A DNA stretch of 40,180 nt. Origin: a virus (Duplodnaviria > Caudoviricetes). Shown here in pieces: positions 14,545 to 26,800 of this stretch. Every line of letters begins with the position of its first letter. Positions within the stretch are counted from its first letter, which is position 1. The notes under the pieces are model-generated. The model was not told where the DNA came from and did no database searches. It was given only the letters and a program-made list of their open reading frames with translations. The position numbers were made by a program, and so were the translations under genes. Location: positions 1-40,180 of the IMG/VR virus record IMGVR_UViG_3300030372_003250, one strand, 5' to 3'.

Positions 14545-14831
14545 TTTGAACTCAAAATACCCTTCATTTCTTTTAAGTCATCCGACAAATCATGTATTTC
14601 AGAAATTAATCTGTCTTCAACCCTTGCCCACTTATCCAAATTTTTGATCTGAATATTTTGTAGGTTGGAAATGATGGTACTCTGTTGCTCTAGCTCTACG
14701 GCTAAATTCTGTAGTTGTTCTTGCTGTTTGGACGCAATTTTACCAGATTGTACTACTTGATATATTACAATCATCGCTACTATGCCCCCAAATCCAGCTT
14801 GGAGATACCAGTTTAAAACTGTTTCTTCCAA
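14541..14831 (-). CDS. N-terminal TM + coiled-coil protein (BhlA-like holin candidate)
   Basis: QAGFGGIVAMIVIY then coiled coil. Confidence 0.6.
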   Translation of the reverse strand: MEETVLNWYLQAGFGGIVAMIVIYQVVQSGKIASKQQEQLQNLAVELEQQSTIISNLQNIQIKNLDKWARVEDRLISEIHDLSDDLKEMKGILSSK

Positions 14832-14834
14832 CTT

Positions 14835-15071
14835 TTACGCTTCTACAGCTTTTTTGATTTCAGCCATTTCCTTCACTAACTCAGTTTTTCTGTCAGCAAG
14901 GGATTTTGATTGAGCATCAATATGTTCAATTTGCTGTTCAATCTGACGATATGAAACTTCAGACTTCTGTACTGATGGTTGATGTTCTTTTTCAACTGCA
15001 ACATCTTTCCAAGCATCCGCTGGTGCAGAAGGAGAAGAAGAACTAGCTTTCTTTGTGTATTTATCAGCCAT
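14835..15071 (-). CDS. small coiled-coil protein downstream of the tail fibre
   Basis: AAGGAG RBS; heptad C-terminus. Confidence 0.7.
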   Translation of the reverse strand: MADKYTKKASSSSPSAPADAWKDVAVEKEHQPSVQKSEVSYRQIEQQIEHIDAQSKSLADRKTELVKEMAEIKKAVEA

Positions 15072-15072
15072 T

Positions 15073-18000
15073 TTATGACTCCTTATTTAACTGTTCTTTG
15101 AGCCTATCAATTTGGGTACTAAGCTCTTGTACCGCTTTTACTAATGGTGTGATTAATTCTGTTACACCTAACCCTTGCATACCATCTTTACCTTCTGTCC
15201 ATGCAGTAAAGTCAGAGTGATCTGCCTTATCCATTGCCTCTTTTACTTCTTGAGCAATAAATCCATATAATTTTTTATCCTTAACAGTAGTTTTGTTTTC
15301 ATTGTAATCATCAAAGCTTTTCGGATATTCACTTCTTGATTTCTTTTTGTAAGTAACTGGTCGTAAGTCATTAATAAATGAAAGACCTAAGTCAGAATCT
15401 TTTATATCTTTCTTTGTTCTTTTATCTGATACTTGTGTCCAAGTAGCATTCGTGTCAAATGCATTCCATATATAGCCATTTTCACCTCCGATTACAACTG
15501 TATCATTACCCTTACCTACAAGATAATCATTAGAATCACCAGCACCAAGAACCACTTCATTAGTTATATCTACCGCTGATGATTTTGTATAAGCACCGAT
15601 ATATGTATTCATTTCGCCAGTAGTTAATACTTCGTTAGATTTGTATCCGAGGGCAGTATTATTACTTCCAGTAGTTATAGCCTTAGATGAATCATTACCA
15701 AGGGATGTATTTTTGTCACCATCTGTTACGGCTTGTAAACTGCTGTATCCGACTGCAACATTATAACTTGCATCATTAGCATCTGCATCTGCTCCAAGCA
15801 AAGCATACCCACCAACAGCAGTATTAAAATGACCATCATCAATATTTTTACCACTAACTACGCCAACAAATGTATTTCCATAATTGTTATCTGATTTTTC
15901 TCCAGCTTGGTACCCTACCGCAGTAAAATCATAACCACCATTTAAGTAATATCCAGCTTTAGCTCCAACGGCTACAGAGCGTGGAGTGCCAGTATTCATT
16001 TGGTCTAATGTGTACAATGCTTGGTAGCCAATGGCAGTATTGCCACCAGTTGTTGTATTAGATAGCAAAGAAAACGAACCTATTGAAACATTATTAGCCC
16101 CTGAGGTAACGGATAGCAAAGCTCTTGTACCAATAGCAACATTATCATCACCAGTAGTAATTGCGTAGGATGCCAAGCTTCCAATCGCAATATTATCTGA
16201 ATGTGATTGATTAGTAGCACCTCTTAATGCTTCTCTACCTACAGATACATTATCATTACCAGTTTGGTTATTATATGATGCTAAATCGCCTATAGATATA
16301 TTGTAATCTCCAGTTGTTATATTATAACCACTTTGATAACCAACTGAAACATTGGAAACACCCTCTGTAATTTTTAAAGATGCTCCAGAACCAACCGCAA
16401 CATTGTAATTGCCAGTAGTAATTGCTTTTAAGGAGTTAAAACCTACGGAAGTGTTATTACTATGATTTTGACCACTTGCACCCATCATAGAACCGCTACC
16501 AACAGCAGTATTATTACTACCAGTTGCGTTATAGTATCCAGCCTCCCAACCTAAATTAGTATTGCTATCTCCCGTACTTATTGAAAACCCAGTTGATTTA
16601 CCAAATAAAGTATTTTTATCACCACCACTAGCAATATTTCCTCCTGACGTATATCCAAATATTGTATTACTAGCACCACTATCATTATTACTAAGACTAA
16701 TCTGAGAATTAGAGTCAATCTTAAATAATACGGATGCATCTGATAGCTTAATAAATCTAAACTCACCAGCAGTTTGAGTAAATTCCATTCTAGATTCGTG
16801 GAAATTCTTTATCTCAGCTTTTGTACTACCACCACTCTTAAATCCATAAGATTGCCAAGAACCAGCATCTCCATCAACAAATATTGTTGCTCCACCACTA
16901 GCATTTTTAACATGAAGGTGACTAGAAGGAGAATCAGTCCCAATCCCGACACGCTTATTACTAGCTTCAAAGTAAGCTATAGAATTACCAGATACATCTT
17001 GTATGTCTACATCAACACCACTATTGTTACCCCTAATAATTGTATTTTGATTAATAGTCGTTGCTCTAAAGTAAGAAGCAGATACATAACCATCACTTAC
17101 AAAATTTTGAAAAGAATGATTAGTCGATGTTCCAACTCTAAATTTCATAGCAGAATTAGCATAAGCAGTTATACCATCACCAGCAGAAGCTTGAATCCAA
17201 GCAGTTTTATCATCCCAATATAGTTTTGAATTTGCTGGGAGAAGATTTAGGTTTCCATTTACAGTAAGAGCTTCAGTAGGAGCTGAAGCTACAATTCCAA
17301 CTTTACCATCAGATTTAATAACAAGCTTATCAGTAGTGCCATTTGTACCTATTTTTATATCACTAGCATCAGTTGTCAGAATCCTCATGCCATTACCAGT
17401 CATTCCAGTAAATGCCATTACATCATCGCTAATACGAACAAATTTACTAGCAGACCTACCTACTCTAAATTGATTGTCTCCATCATTAATAATGTCAAGT
17501 GCATAATCGGGACTGGTATTATTAATTCCAACTCTAGATTTGGTTCCATTATGATGGATTGTCATTCTTTCAGTTCCATCAGTATACCACTTCCATTTAT
17601 TACCACGAATATTTTCAGCTATAACTTGCTTTGTATTTCCATTATTTATTGTTTGATAAAATTTTGTATCATCCCATGTTTCACCAGCATAGTAACCAAT
17701 AGCACCATGTTCTAAATTACTGTTTAGTGTAGCATTGTGATTAAAGCTGATACTATTTAGTATTGCACCACCACTAGCATCTTGAGTGGTATTTTCTAAT
17801 AATACTGTAGCACTTGCATCTGTTGATTTAATGTGAAGTGGTCGAGTAGGAGCTGTTACTCCACCTATTCCAACCTTTTGGTCTTTAATGACCATCGCTA
17901 AATTTTCAGTATAGTTATTGTAAAAATACCATACACCATTGTCTCTGTTTTTAACTAGAGTTTTATTACCTACCCCAGACAAAGTGCCTTTAACTCCCCA

Positions 18001-19824
18001 TTCTACATTTCCATGTGTAGTACCAGCTTGACTATGATAGATATATCCTAATTGTTTATCAGAACCAGTGTGCTGAGTATGAAAAGCCATATAGCCACCA
18101 GCAGTTATAGTATTATCACCAGTTCTACTGTCTTCTATTCTAAATTGTGTAGTGCCACTAGCACTTGTCTGACCTTTTAAATGCAATGGTGCTGAAGGCT
18201 CACCATGTACTCCAATTCCAATTTTTCCACTTTCGTGCATTACCATTAAAGTTTTAGTCCCCGATGTAACATCAGAAGCAGATGAAGAATATCCAAACCA
18301 CAGATTATCTTCATTTCGAGTAATCATGTTTGCAGTTCCATCGTCATTTTCTTCAAGAACTATAGAACCATCCCAACCACTAGTTTTAGCTTTTATGTGT
18401 AAGGGGGCATCGGGCGATGTTGTGCCAATGCCTACCGACCCATTACTATGCTTAATAGACATAGCAGTACCAGCAGTTGAATTGTAAAAATCTAAATTAT
18501 CATTGGCTACACTTGTAACTATTGACCAAGCAGTACCATCTCCAGCCTCTAATTCTAAAACACCATGATTCCCACTAGTGGCATCAACTTTAAGGCTAGT
18601 AAATGTTGATGATACGGCTGGTATTGCTTCCCAAGCTACTCCAGATCCAGTTGAAGTCAATACTTGTCCATCTGAGCCTTGGGCACCACCAACTTTATAA
18701 TTAACTGCATCTACAATTCCAGCAAATGTAGCATCCAAATTATTAGATAAAATAAGAGCAGTTCCATCTGTACTATGTTGTATGGCTAATGAACTATCTA
18801 TTGCATTAAAATCCCAACTTGTAGCATTATTGTTTAATCTTAAAATTGACCTTGCATCACCAGCATCTCTATAGCTTATCTGTAACCCTACTGCTGAAGA
18901 TGCATCTGCTTTGACATCTAATGGTTGTGATGGATTTGCTGTTCCCATCCCAATCTTGCCATCGTTTGCAACTATAAACCTAAAAGCATTATCAGTTAAA
19001 CTATATATAGAAAATCCAGTTACTCCAGCACCAATTTGCCAATCTTCATTACTACCAGCACCAGTCATTTTTATAAATGTACCATCTGCATTATTTGTGT
19101 TATGCAGTTGCATTAATTGACCATTACTTACGCTTGAATTAACATGAAGTGGATGACTAGGCAAGTTTGTGCCAATGCCAATCTTGCCATCATCTTTTAT
19201 ATAAAAAGCATCATCTGTAGAACTACTTCGTATGCTAACATCCCCAGTAGAATGCATTTCAATTTTATGATTTAATCCTTGCCTACCTTGATACTCAGAC
19301 ATTCTTTCGATAAGACTATTATTACCAACGATAGCAGTACCACTTCCAAATACTGCATAACCACCAAATGTAGTTTTAGTGCCATCAATCGTTAATCTAG
19401 TTGCTAAAGTGTCAGCATGGATTGCTTTAAACTCAAGTTTACCAGCACTAGCACCAGACTCTACATTTGTAGCAGTTGATATAATAGAAGCATAAGGTTG
19501 ACTACCATCTAACTCACTTCCGCTTGAATCCCAATTATTATTTGTAAAAGATATTGTACCAACAACATCATTATTCGCTGGGGATGCAGAATTTTTTACT
19601 AAATCTAATACAACCCCAACAGTATCTGCCGAAGTTGTTTTTACCTCTGTTTTTGTTCCAATAAAGGATGCTACTGTACCACTAGTTGTAAATGAGCCAC
19701 CAGAATCGGTTGACCATTCTAATGCACCACCACTACCGACTTTAAGCACCTTCCCCGAACTTGGGGAAGATGCTATGTCACTAGCTGAAGGATTTGCTAC
19801 TAATAGCTTTTTCCATTCAGACAT
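15073..19824 (-). CDS. long tail fibre with C-terminal S74 intramolecular chaperone
   Basis: Repeated G(K/R)(I/V)GIG..P...L.V shaft modules, N(T/V)A(V/I)G beta-roll repeats, SDKRTKKDI...LRPVTY...GFIAQEV...LVKAVQEL. Confidence 0.9.
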   Translation of the reverse strand: MSEWKKLLVANPSASDIASSPSSGKVLKVGSGGALEWSTDSGGSFTTSGTVASFIGTKTEVKTTSADTVGVVLDLVKNSASPANNDVVGTISFTNNNWDSSGSELDGSQPYASIISTATNVESGASAGKLEFKAIHADTLATRLTIDGTKTTFGGYAVFGSGTAIVGNNSLIERMSEYQGRQGLNHKIEMHSTGDVSIRSSSTDDAFYIKDDGKIGIGTNLPSHPLHVNSSVSNGQLMQLHNTNNADGTFIKMTGAGSNEDWQIGAGVTGFSIYSLTDNAFRFIVANDGKIGMGTANPSQPLDVKADASSAVGLQISYRDAGDARSILRLNNNATSWDFNAIDSSLAIQHSTDGTALILSNNLDATFAGIVDAVNYKVGGAQGSDGQVLTSTGSGVAWEAIPAVSSTFTSLKVDATSGNHGVLELEAGDGTAWSIVTSVANDNLDFYNSTAGTAMSIKHSNGSVGIGTTSPDAPLHIKAKTSGWDGSIVLEENDDGTANMITRNEDNLWFGYSSSASDVTSGTKTLMVMHESGKIGIGVHGEPSAPLHLKGQTSASGTTQFRIEDSRTGDNTITAGGYMAFHTQHTGSDKQLGYIYHSQAGTTHGNVEWGVKGTLSGVGNKTLVKNRDNGVWYFYNNYTENLAMVIKDQKVGIGGVTAPTRPLHIKSTDASATVLLENTTQDASGGAILNSISFNHNATLNSNLEHGAIGYYAGETWDDTKFYQTINNGNTKQVIAENIRGNKWKWYTDGTERMTIHHNGTKSRVGINNTSPDYALDIINDGDNQFRVGRSASKFVRISDDVMAFTGMTGNGMRILTTDASDIKIGTNGTTDKLVIKSDGKVGIVASAPTEALTVNGNLNLLPANSKLYWDDKTAWIQASAGDGITAYANSAMKFRVGTSTNHSFQNFVSDGYVSASYFRATTINQNTIIRGNNSGVDVDIQDVSGNSIAYFEASNKRVGIGTDSPSSHLHVKNASGGATIFVDGDAGSWQSYGFKSGGSTKAEIKNFHESRMEFTQTAGEFRFIKLSDASVLFKIDSNSQISLSNNDSGASNTIFGYTSGGNIASGGDKNTLFGKSTGFSISTGDSNTNLGWEAGYYNATGSNNTAVGSGSMMGASGQNHSNNTSVGFNSLKAITTGNYNVAVGSGASLKITEGVSNVSVGYQSGYNITTGDYNISIGDLASYNNQTGNDNVSVGREALRGATNQSHSDNIAIGSLASYAITTGDDNVAIGTRALLSVTSGANNVSIGSFSLLSNTTTGGNTAIGYQALYTLDQMNTGTPRSVAVGAKAGYYLNGGYDFTAVGYQAGEKSDNNYGNTFVGVVSGKNIDDGHFNTAVGGYALLGADADANDASYNVAVGYSSLQAVTDGDKNTSLGNDSSKAITTGSNNTALGYKSNEVLTTGEMNTYIGAYTKSSAVDITNEVVLGAGDSNDYLVGKGNDTVVIGGENGYIWNAFDTNATWTQVSDKRTKKDIKDSDLGLSFINDLRPVTYKKKSRSEYPKSFDDYNENKTTVKDKKLYGFIAQEVKEAMDKADHSDFTAWTEGKDGMQGLGVTELITPLVKAVQELSTQIDRLKEQLNKES

Positions 19825-19827
19825 TTT

Positions 19828-20028
19828 TTAAGCACTCGCACTTTTTGAGTTCGACTTATCAACCTTTTTATTGCTCTTTTCATTAGCTTTGATCATAGCT
19901 TGATAACTAGACCCTAGCTTTTCAAGAACACCTTGTGCAAATGCAGAATCCTTTGCTTGGATTTGAGTATTTGCAATAGCTTGAATTACGAACTCCATTT
20001 CTTGTTGAGTTAGCTTATCCATGTGCAT
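19828..20028 (-). CDS. small hypothetical protein
   Basis: AAGGAG RBS; in the tail module. Confidence 0.7.
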   Translation of the reverse strand: MHMDKLTQQEMEFVIQAIANTQIQAKDSAFAQGVLEKLGSSYQAMIKANEKSNKKVDKSNSKSASA

Positions 20029-20040
20029 TCTCCTTTATTG

Positions 20041-20856
20041 TTATATGTAAGCGAAAAGATTTCCGCTATCGTCTGCAACTATTTCACCAACCGCTGGTGA
20101 ACTAAGTGCATTTCTTTGTGATGTGGTAAGGGTTTTGAGTTTCAACCTTCCATCATCTTTAACTGTAAATTTTGTGTCCCCATCCTCATCTTTAAATGTT
20201 GCAGTACCCGTTTTTTCAACTGTAAGGATTTCTCTATCAGAATCAGACTTTGTTACTGTTAGCTTTACTTTCGTATCATCATCAAGCTTTACTTTAGGTG
20301 GAGTGCCACTTCCCGACAAAATACTTCCAGAAGTAGTCTTTAACTGATTACAAGAAAGATTGCCATCCATGCTAATATTTCCCGTAGTAGTTATTGTTAC
20401 GCCAGTACTTCCATGTCCACCGCCAATTTGAACTTCACCAGCTAATGTAGAAGTACCATCTACTGCCAACAATCCATTAGTTTGAATATTTCCAGCCGAT
20501 GTAATTGTTGCACCAGTTGAACCATACCCACCACCTATTGTAGCACTATCTGAAGTCATACTTCCAGTTAGCACCATACTAGCACCGGAGATAAGGTCTG
20601 TAACAGTTAGGTCATCCCCAACTGCTAAATCTCCCGTAAGTGTTGCATCAACACAACTTAGTGTTCCAGCTATTTCTAATGTTTTACCCGTAGGTATTTT
20701 AAGGTGTGTGGTAGAAAGCTGAAGAGCTGTTGCTACTCCCTCCCCATCTCTAACTGTTTTTAAGGTTGATTCAATACCTTCATTCTCGTCCCCATCAAAT
20801 ATAGTTAAAAGGTCTTTATAGGTATTCGCAACCGGTTTTCCGGATAGTGTTGACAT
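20041..20856 (-). CDS. tail/fibre-associated structural protein
   Basis: G/T/S-rich beta repeats (IGGG(Y/H)GSTG.TIT..GNI twice). Confidence 0.7.
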   Translation of the reverse strand: MSTLSGKPVANTYKDLLTIFDGDENEGIESTLKTVRDGEGVATALQLSTTHLKIPTGKTLEIAGTLSCVDATLTGDLAVGDDLTVTDLISGASMVLTGSMTSDSATIGGGYGSTGATITSAGNIQTNGLLAVDGTSTLAGEVQIGGGHGSTGVTITTTGNISMDGNLSCNQLKTTSGSILSGSGTPPKVKLDDDTKVKLTVTKSDSDREILTVEKTGTATFKDEDGDTKFTVKDDGRLKLKTLTTSQRNALSSPAVGEIVADDSGNLFAYI

Positions 20857-20895
20857 AGTATTAATTTCCCCTTTTATCCATTATGAAAAAATTCA

Positions 20896-23800
20896 TTAGC
20901 GTGTCGATCTTTTACGCCTCTTTCTTGATTGCCTTCTTTTTCTATTTAATCCTTTACTAGCATGGTCTTTTTTGTCATTTCTTCTCCTAGCGTAACCAAA
21001 CGCAGACCACGGCAAGTCTTGTGGTACTTTACCCAAATAAGAAGGCCACCAATGTAAAAATTTTCCTACAAATGGTATGTGTTTAGGGGTTCGTAGACCA
21101 AGTTTTGATATATCTTGTTTTACCGCACCCCATGTATCTCTTAAATCTTTGTTCTTGTAGTAGGACTTTCCAATTCTATCTATATCTTTTAGAGGGTCAT
21201 CAATAATATCTACTGGTGGCATCACTAGTTTTAGTACTGCTTGTGAAAGTCCATCTTTCCTAAAACTGTAAAAATGATACCTAGATATACCCATTAATCT
21301 CAATAGGTTGCTAATTACCCTATCGGATAAGTCTGATTCTCTTCCAGCCATAGCATCCTTAATCTCATCTGCTCCGGCCTCTGCTAACATTAAAATAAAT
21401 CCTAATGTAAATAATTTTTGTGCCTTACTCATGCGAACCATTTTTGCTCTAGCCTTATTTCCAGTAGCTTCATAATTCTCTGCTACCTCATCCAGTACTC
21501 GCATTTCATCTTTAAACACATCAAAGCGTTTAAGTAGGTAGGTTTTTAACATATAGAATATTCTGCCGTTTGAAGAGGCTAAATAACCTACTGGCATTTG
21601 TGATTTCGCCACCGGCTGTACATTTAATAACTCACTATAGGCGAGTAAACGAATATTTTCTGTTTTGTTCCCAGACTTTAGGTCGTCTAATACATCTTGA
21701 ACCTCCATTGACTCACCAAATGTATTTTCGAGCCTCACCATGAATTCACGATATTCCCTACTACCCGGCTTTCCCTTACGAGCTATTTTCTGGTATTTAT
21801 TCATGATACTGTTAACTGTTGTTTCTTTACCTAATCTATCCATGAGCTTTACACCACTAACAGTAAACACTATATCCAGAGCATTTTGTAGTGCATTTTG
21901 ATCTTGAAACTCTTGTCCTAATCCCTCGATTCCCAAATCTTCTAAACTAATCCAGCTTTTATCTAATCTTTTGGCTTGAGTAAGTCCTTTAATGAAGTTT
22001 TTCATGGTTCTAAATCCACCAGCTCTAGCCGTAGATATTCCTAAGTCACCAAGCTGAGTAACTGCCGAGAAGAAACTACCCATTGTATCGATATAACTAA
22101 GACTCTTATATCCCTTTAAAAAAGGATTCATCTGATCACGATTAAAGTAGGCTTGTAATAACGCTTGTAATCGCTCTTCTTGCTTTCCATCTAAGTTATA
22201 TTTGTTTTTCATGCTGATAACAAATCCCGGTATCATGTCATCAAGTGCCAATATGGGCATACCAGCTAAACTCTGTTCTTTTATTCTTAACCTATCTAAT
22301 TCTTTATGAGCTTGATTTCGACTATAACCGCCATCATTTGTATATTTGCCAGTTTTATTGTCCTTAATAAAGTATCTATTTTTCTTTTTATGTATCACAT
22401 ATCGCTTATTAGACCCCATTAAAAACTGTTTTGCCATAGAAAGTTCACTTACATACCCAGCATATTGCATTAGTGCTAAGTGTGAGGGAGCATAGAACTT
22501 GTTCATCTCCGGGTCTATCTTCTCAAGTTTTCTCTTTTTAAAGTTTCCTATTCCCTCTTTTGACTGATGATGTCCATGTAATACTGCATTGGCTATATGT
22601 GCCTTTTCTTCAAAAGTTAATTGAGCATTTCTTGATTTCTCTGCTTCTTTGAACGCATCTGTTATTTGCACCCATCTGGAAGTACCGCCATATTTACCTT
22701 CTAAGTATTGTAATAGTCCAGCGTGGTCAGTTACCATTCTTGGGAAATAACTTTCTAAGTAACCCAAATCATACCCTACTGATTTAGCCACATCGTATAA
22801 TTGGTCTAATGCTTTACGAGCTTGTTTAAACTCAGTCATCATGTCATATTGTTTTAGTAGTCTAGTTATTTTCCAGAAATCACCATTTTTTAAGGCTATT
22901 TCAATGGTCATATAATCAGACCTCATTTGAGCGTTACGCCTAGCCTTTTTATATAAGTCGTTTAATTTTCTAGCAAACGGAGCTGTTTGTTCTTCAAACT
23001 TTTTAACAAATTCGATTGTTTTGAATTCATAATCTTTGAATTGTCTTGGTAGGTCTTTATGTATTCTTCGAATCTGGCTACTAAAAGTAGCAACAACATC
23101 CCTAAATTGTTTTGGTCTATACTCTCGATTTGCCCACCAAGTTTGGAATCTTTCTAATGAGCTTCTCTTATCATCATAAAAATCACCGGCATTATCGTAA
23201 TTAACACTATTGTTTTCAGAATTTTGTTCTGATTTTCTATTGATAAACCCAGCATTATAAGAAATTCTGTTATCATCTAAACCAAATGCTCCATAATTGA
23301 ATGGAGATTTAATTTGATTTGGTTGGAATGGAATAATATGTTTCTTGCCATAAAATTCCGCTATAACACCATCTGCTCCAGTTATTTCAGTTATTATTTT
23401 GTTAAATTTCTCTTGCCTTGCATCTCCCCCATAATCATAAAAATCACCATATAACGCCCAATAACTATCACTAGTATAATTATTAGCTACTTTTTCAATC
23501 ACAGAGTCAGTTATTGGAGTATTATTTAAGTCAATAAAATTCCATAACGGAGATGAATCTTTGTTGTAAAGCTTTGGAGCATTTTTTATGATTTTTACAA
23601 TATCTTTTTTAGTAAGGTTAATTTTTTCTTCTATTTCATCAATTTCGCTTATTAAATCAGTCGTTGGGTCATAACGCTTATCTAAATAAATAGGATTTTT
23701 TATAGATACTAATACCGGCACTACTCCAGCATTTTGACCAATCGTTGTATTTGGCTTTGCATAGCCACTTGCCTCTTGTGTATCAGTTGTAAAGTAAAAA

Positions 23801-26800
23801 CCTAATCCACTTGCCATTCCACCTCTATTGTTGGGGTCATATTTAAACTCTTCAATTCTATTTACTATTGGAGTTCCATGATATACAACTAATGGAGTAC
23901 CATCATCATTTACTACCTTACTACCAGAGAACCAATTATTGAAACTTGGATTTTGTACAACTTCTTCTGCTACTGCAATATTGAATGTGGGGGATGAAAG
24001 TTGGTCAAAAAATAAATCATTATCCTTACTATTCCTCCAGCTTAAATTTTTCTCTGAGCCGTCTGCAATATCCATCAATAACTTTTGTAATTGAGGAAGC
24101 ATTTTAGCTCTGCCGGTAGGTAAGGTTGGGTCTTCACCAAATTCCCTAGCTAAGTCAGTATTCATTTGTTCAAGTATTACATCTTGACGACCCATCTGCA
24201 TTAATTCTTCTTCATCATATAACAAGTCTTGAACTGTACCCTCTTTAATTACTTTGTTATATTTTGCTGAATCCTTTACTACCTTTGCTCTTTCAGCTTT
24301 ATTGTTAATGGTCGCTAAGTCATCGTAGTACCTTTGCTTACCTTGCTTTCGTCTTTGCTCTGTAGTAGTGAATTGATCTCTGGCTATCCATCGTATCTTA
24401 CCACCCTCCATAATTTCCTTGCCGGTTTTCGCATCTTTAAATGAATATATAACCTTGCCATTTCTTTCAGAAACTCCAGTAATCATCGCCCTACCATTTG
24501 GGTTCTTTTTTGTAGGGTTAGCAATACCCTCAACAATAAAATCAATAGGAAGCATCATTTCTTGAACATTGTCCCTATCAATAATGCTTTTATCTTTATT
24601 GTCGTCCGCTACTACTTTTTTAGTCTTTGGTTTTGATTCAGTCTTTGGTGGCGTCTCAATCTTTGGTGGTGATTTTGGTTGGTCTTCAATATTTAATTGT
24701 TCTGTTTCCGGAGTTTTTTCCTCTGTAGCCGGTAAAAGCTTTCTTTCTGATGTAATATTTCTTTCTACATTTGGCTGTTCTTTATCTGTTCTAATATTTT
24801 GAGATTCTTTTCTTAAAGTTCCAATTAGTCTTACTAAGTCACCTTTAGATTGCTCTTTAGATACATTGATATTTTTAGATTTTAAAAATTTTATTAAATC
24901 TTTTTTTGAAAATTGGTTTTGTAGTGACCAGTCAGATGCTTTTGTGAAATCAACATTTTTTACCAGTAGCTCTGATTGTTTTTTGCGATACTGTTCTCTA
25001 GCCTTCTTTGCTTTTTCTTTTGTCCACTTTTTCCCTTTTTTCAATTCAGCTTGACGCTTTTTATTGACAAATCGTTCTAAGGTTTCAACTGGATAAGTTT
25101 CCTTTACTGGCTCACTTACCATTTCCGCTAACTCACCAAGAGTTCCTCTGCCCTCTGCTTTAAATTCTCTTAGCCTATTTAATAGATTTGTTCCCTCAAA
25201 TGTAAATAGGTCAAAAATTGCCAGAGCTATTCCATCTGGTAAAACATCTGTTTCTGAAAATTCAGCTCCATACCCCATGTTATTTGCGACAAAAGACTTT
25301 GATAGTAATTCAATACCACTATACTTACTATTTGGATTTTGCTCCTTATGCCTTCTCAGCCATAAATCAATTCTCTTTTTTAGTTGTTTATCTTTTGAAC
25401 CTAATATCTTGTAAATAGATTCAACCATTTCCTCAATGAGAACACCTTCATCCTTTGTTGAATCCAGTATAATATCAATCGTCCCGTCCGCATTTGGTAT
25501 GCTTTGACCACGAAACCTTACATTCTTATAAGTAGTTCTACCTTCTACATAACCCTCTTCATCCGGTGCAACTTCTTCTAATTCGCTTGGGTCTTGATAG
25601 CCATGTAATTCTTCACTATCAACAAAGTCAATAACCTTACCATCAACAAACTTAAAATTTATATCATCAAATAATTTTCCAAATATTTCTGCTTCTTTTT
25701 GGACTTCAGTTGTAGGGTCTTCAGTTGCTTTTTCCCGAGCTTCTTTTCTCGTTAAATATATTTCTTGTTGTTCTTCAACAATGGCATTGACTTCTTCAGA
25801 GCTTAATACTTTTCCCCCAATCTGAAAACCAGCTCCAAATATTGTACCGATTGCAAATTCTTCTTTTTGTTGTGGGGTAGCTAACGAAAGTGCCTCAACT
25901 AAATCTGGTTCTGCTTCTCCAGTAACCGCACTTTTACCAAGCTCATTAAAGTAACCTTGAATAACTTCTTCATAACCTTCTGCTCCAGCTCCAACTGCAC
26001 CTTTTCCAAGACCAGCGATTGTTCGAGCAATAACATTTCTATAAGGCTTTGGAACTTTTGCAAATGCTAAAGTCAACTGACCAGCATCTATTGTACCCAA
26101 CCATAAATTCTTTTTAAATACTTCCGATGCTCCCACACCAGCCTCATCATGGCTATATCCTTGATCGGTTAATTCATTATATGTACCAATCGCCTCTGTT
26201 GCTGATTCAAATGGTCTTAGCATTAAAGCTGTTGAAACAGCACCAGTTATTGTTCCCATACCCGCAATCGCTGTTCCTTTCATAACCGCCAATGAACTAG
26301 CAAGAAATGTTCCCGTAATTGGTATCGCTTGAACAAACTTTGACTGATAAAAATCTGGGTTAGTTAAATCTTCCCATTCAAACTTTTTGCCTAGCTCTGG
26401 AACATAATTTTGTTCCATAATATTTTGAGCATCTTCCCTCCACTCTTCACCTACCTCACCATAATCAAGAACGCCTTCAGCATCTAAAAATTCCAATGCT
26501 CCACCAGCTAGGTCTTTGGCTTGAGCTACACCCGTTTTCCAAGACTTTTTTATTAGTTCTGGGTCATACGCTTCTTTTGCCTTTTCATACCAACTTGGGT
26601 CTTGAGTATCTAATACAAAATCCTCTTCTTCTGGTTCTTCTGGTTGTGCATCTACTTCCTTCTGAGTAAGGTCTGCAACAATATCAGTTAAACTGAAATA
26701 TCCATCCTTTGCCATCTTTTTTATATCAGAAACAAAGTCTGGAAATCTTTCCATTAATCCTTGAACCTCTGGCTCAACTTCTTGAAAGTTTTTAACTCGG

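Noticed and set aside
15073-19824. Diversity-generating retroelement or invertible tail-fibre system
   Set aside because: No reverse transcriptase or invertase, and no long TR/VR pair or inverted crossover sites seen.
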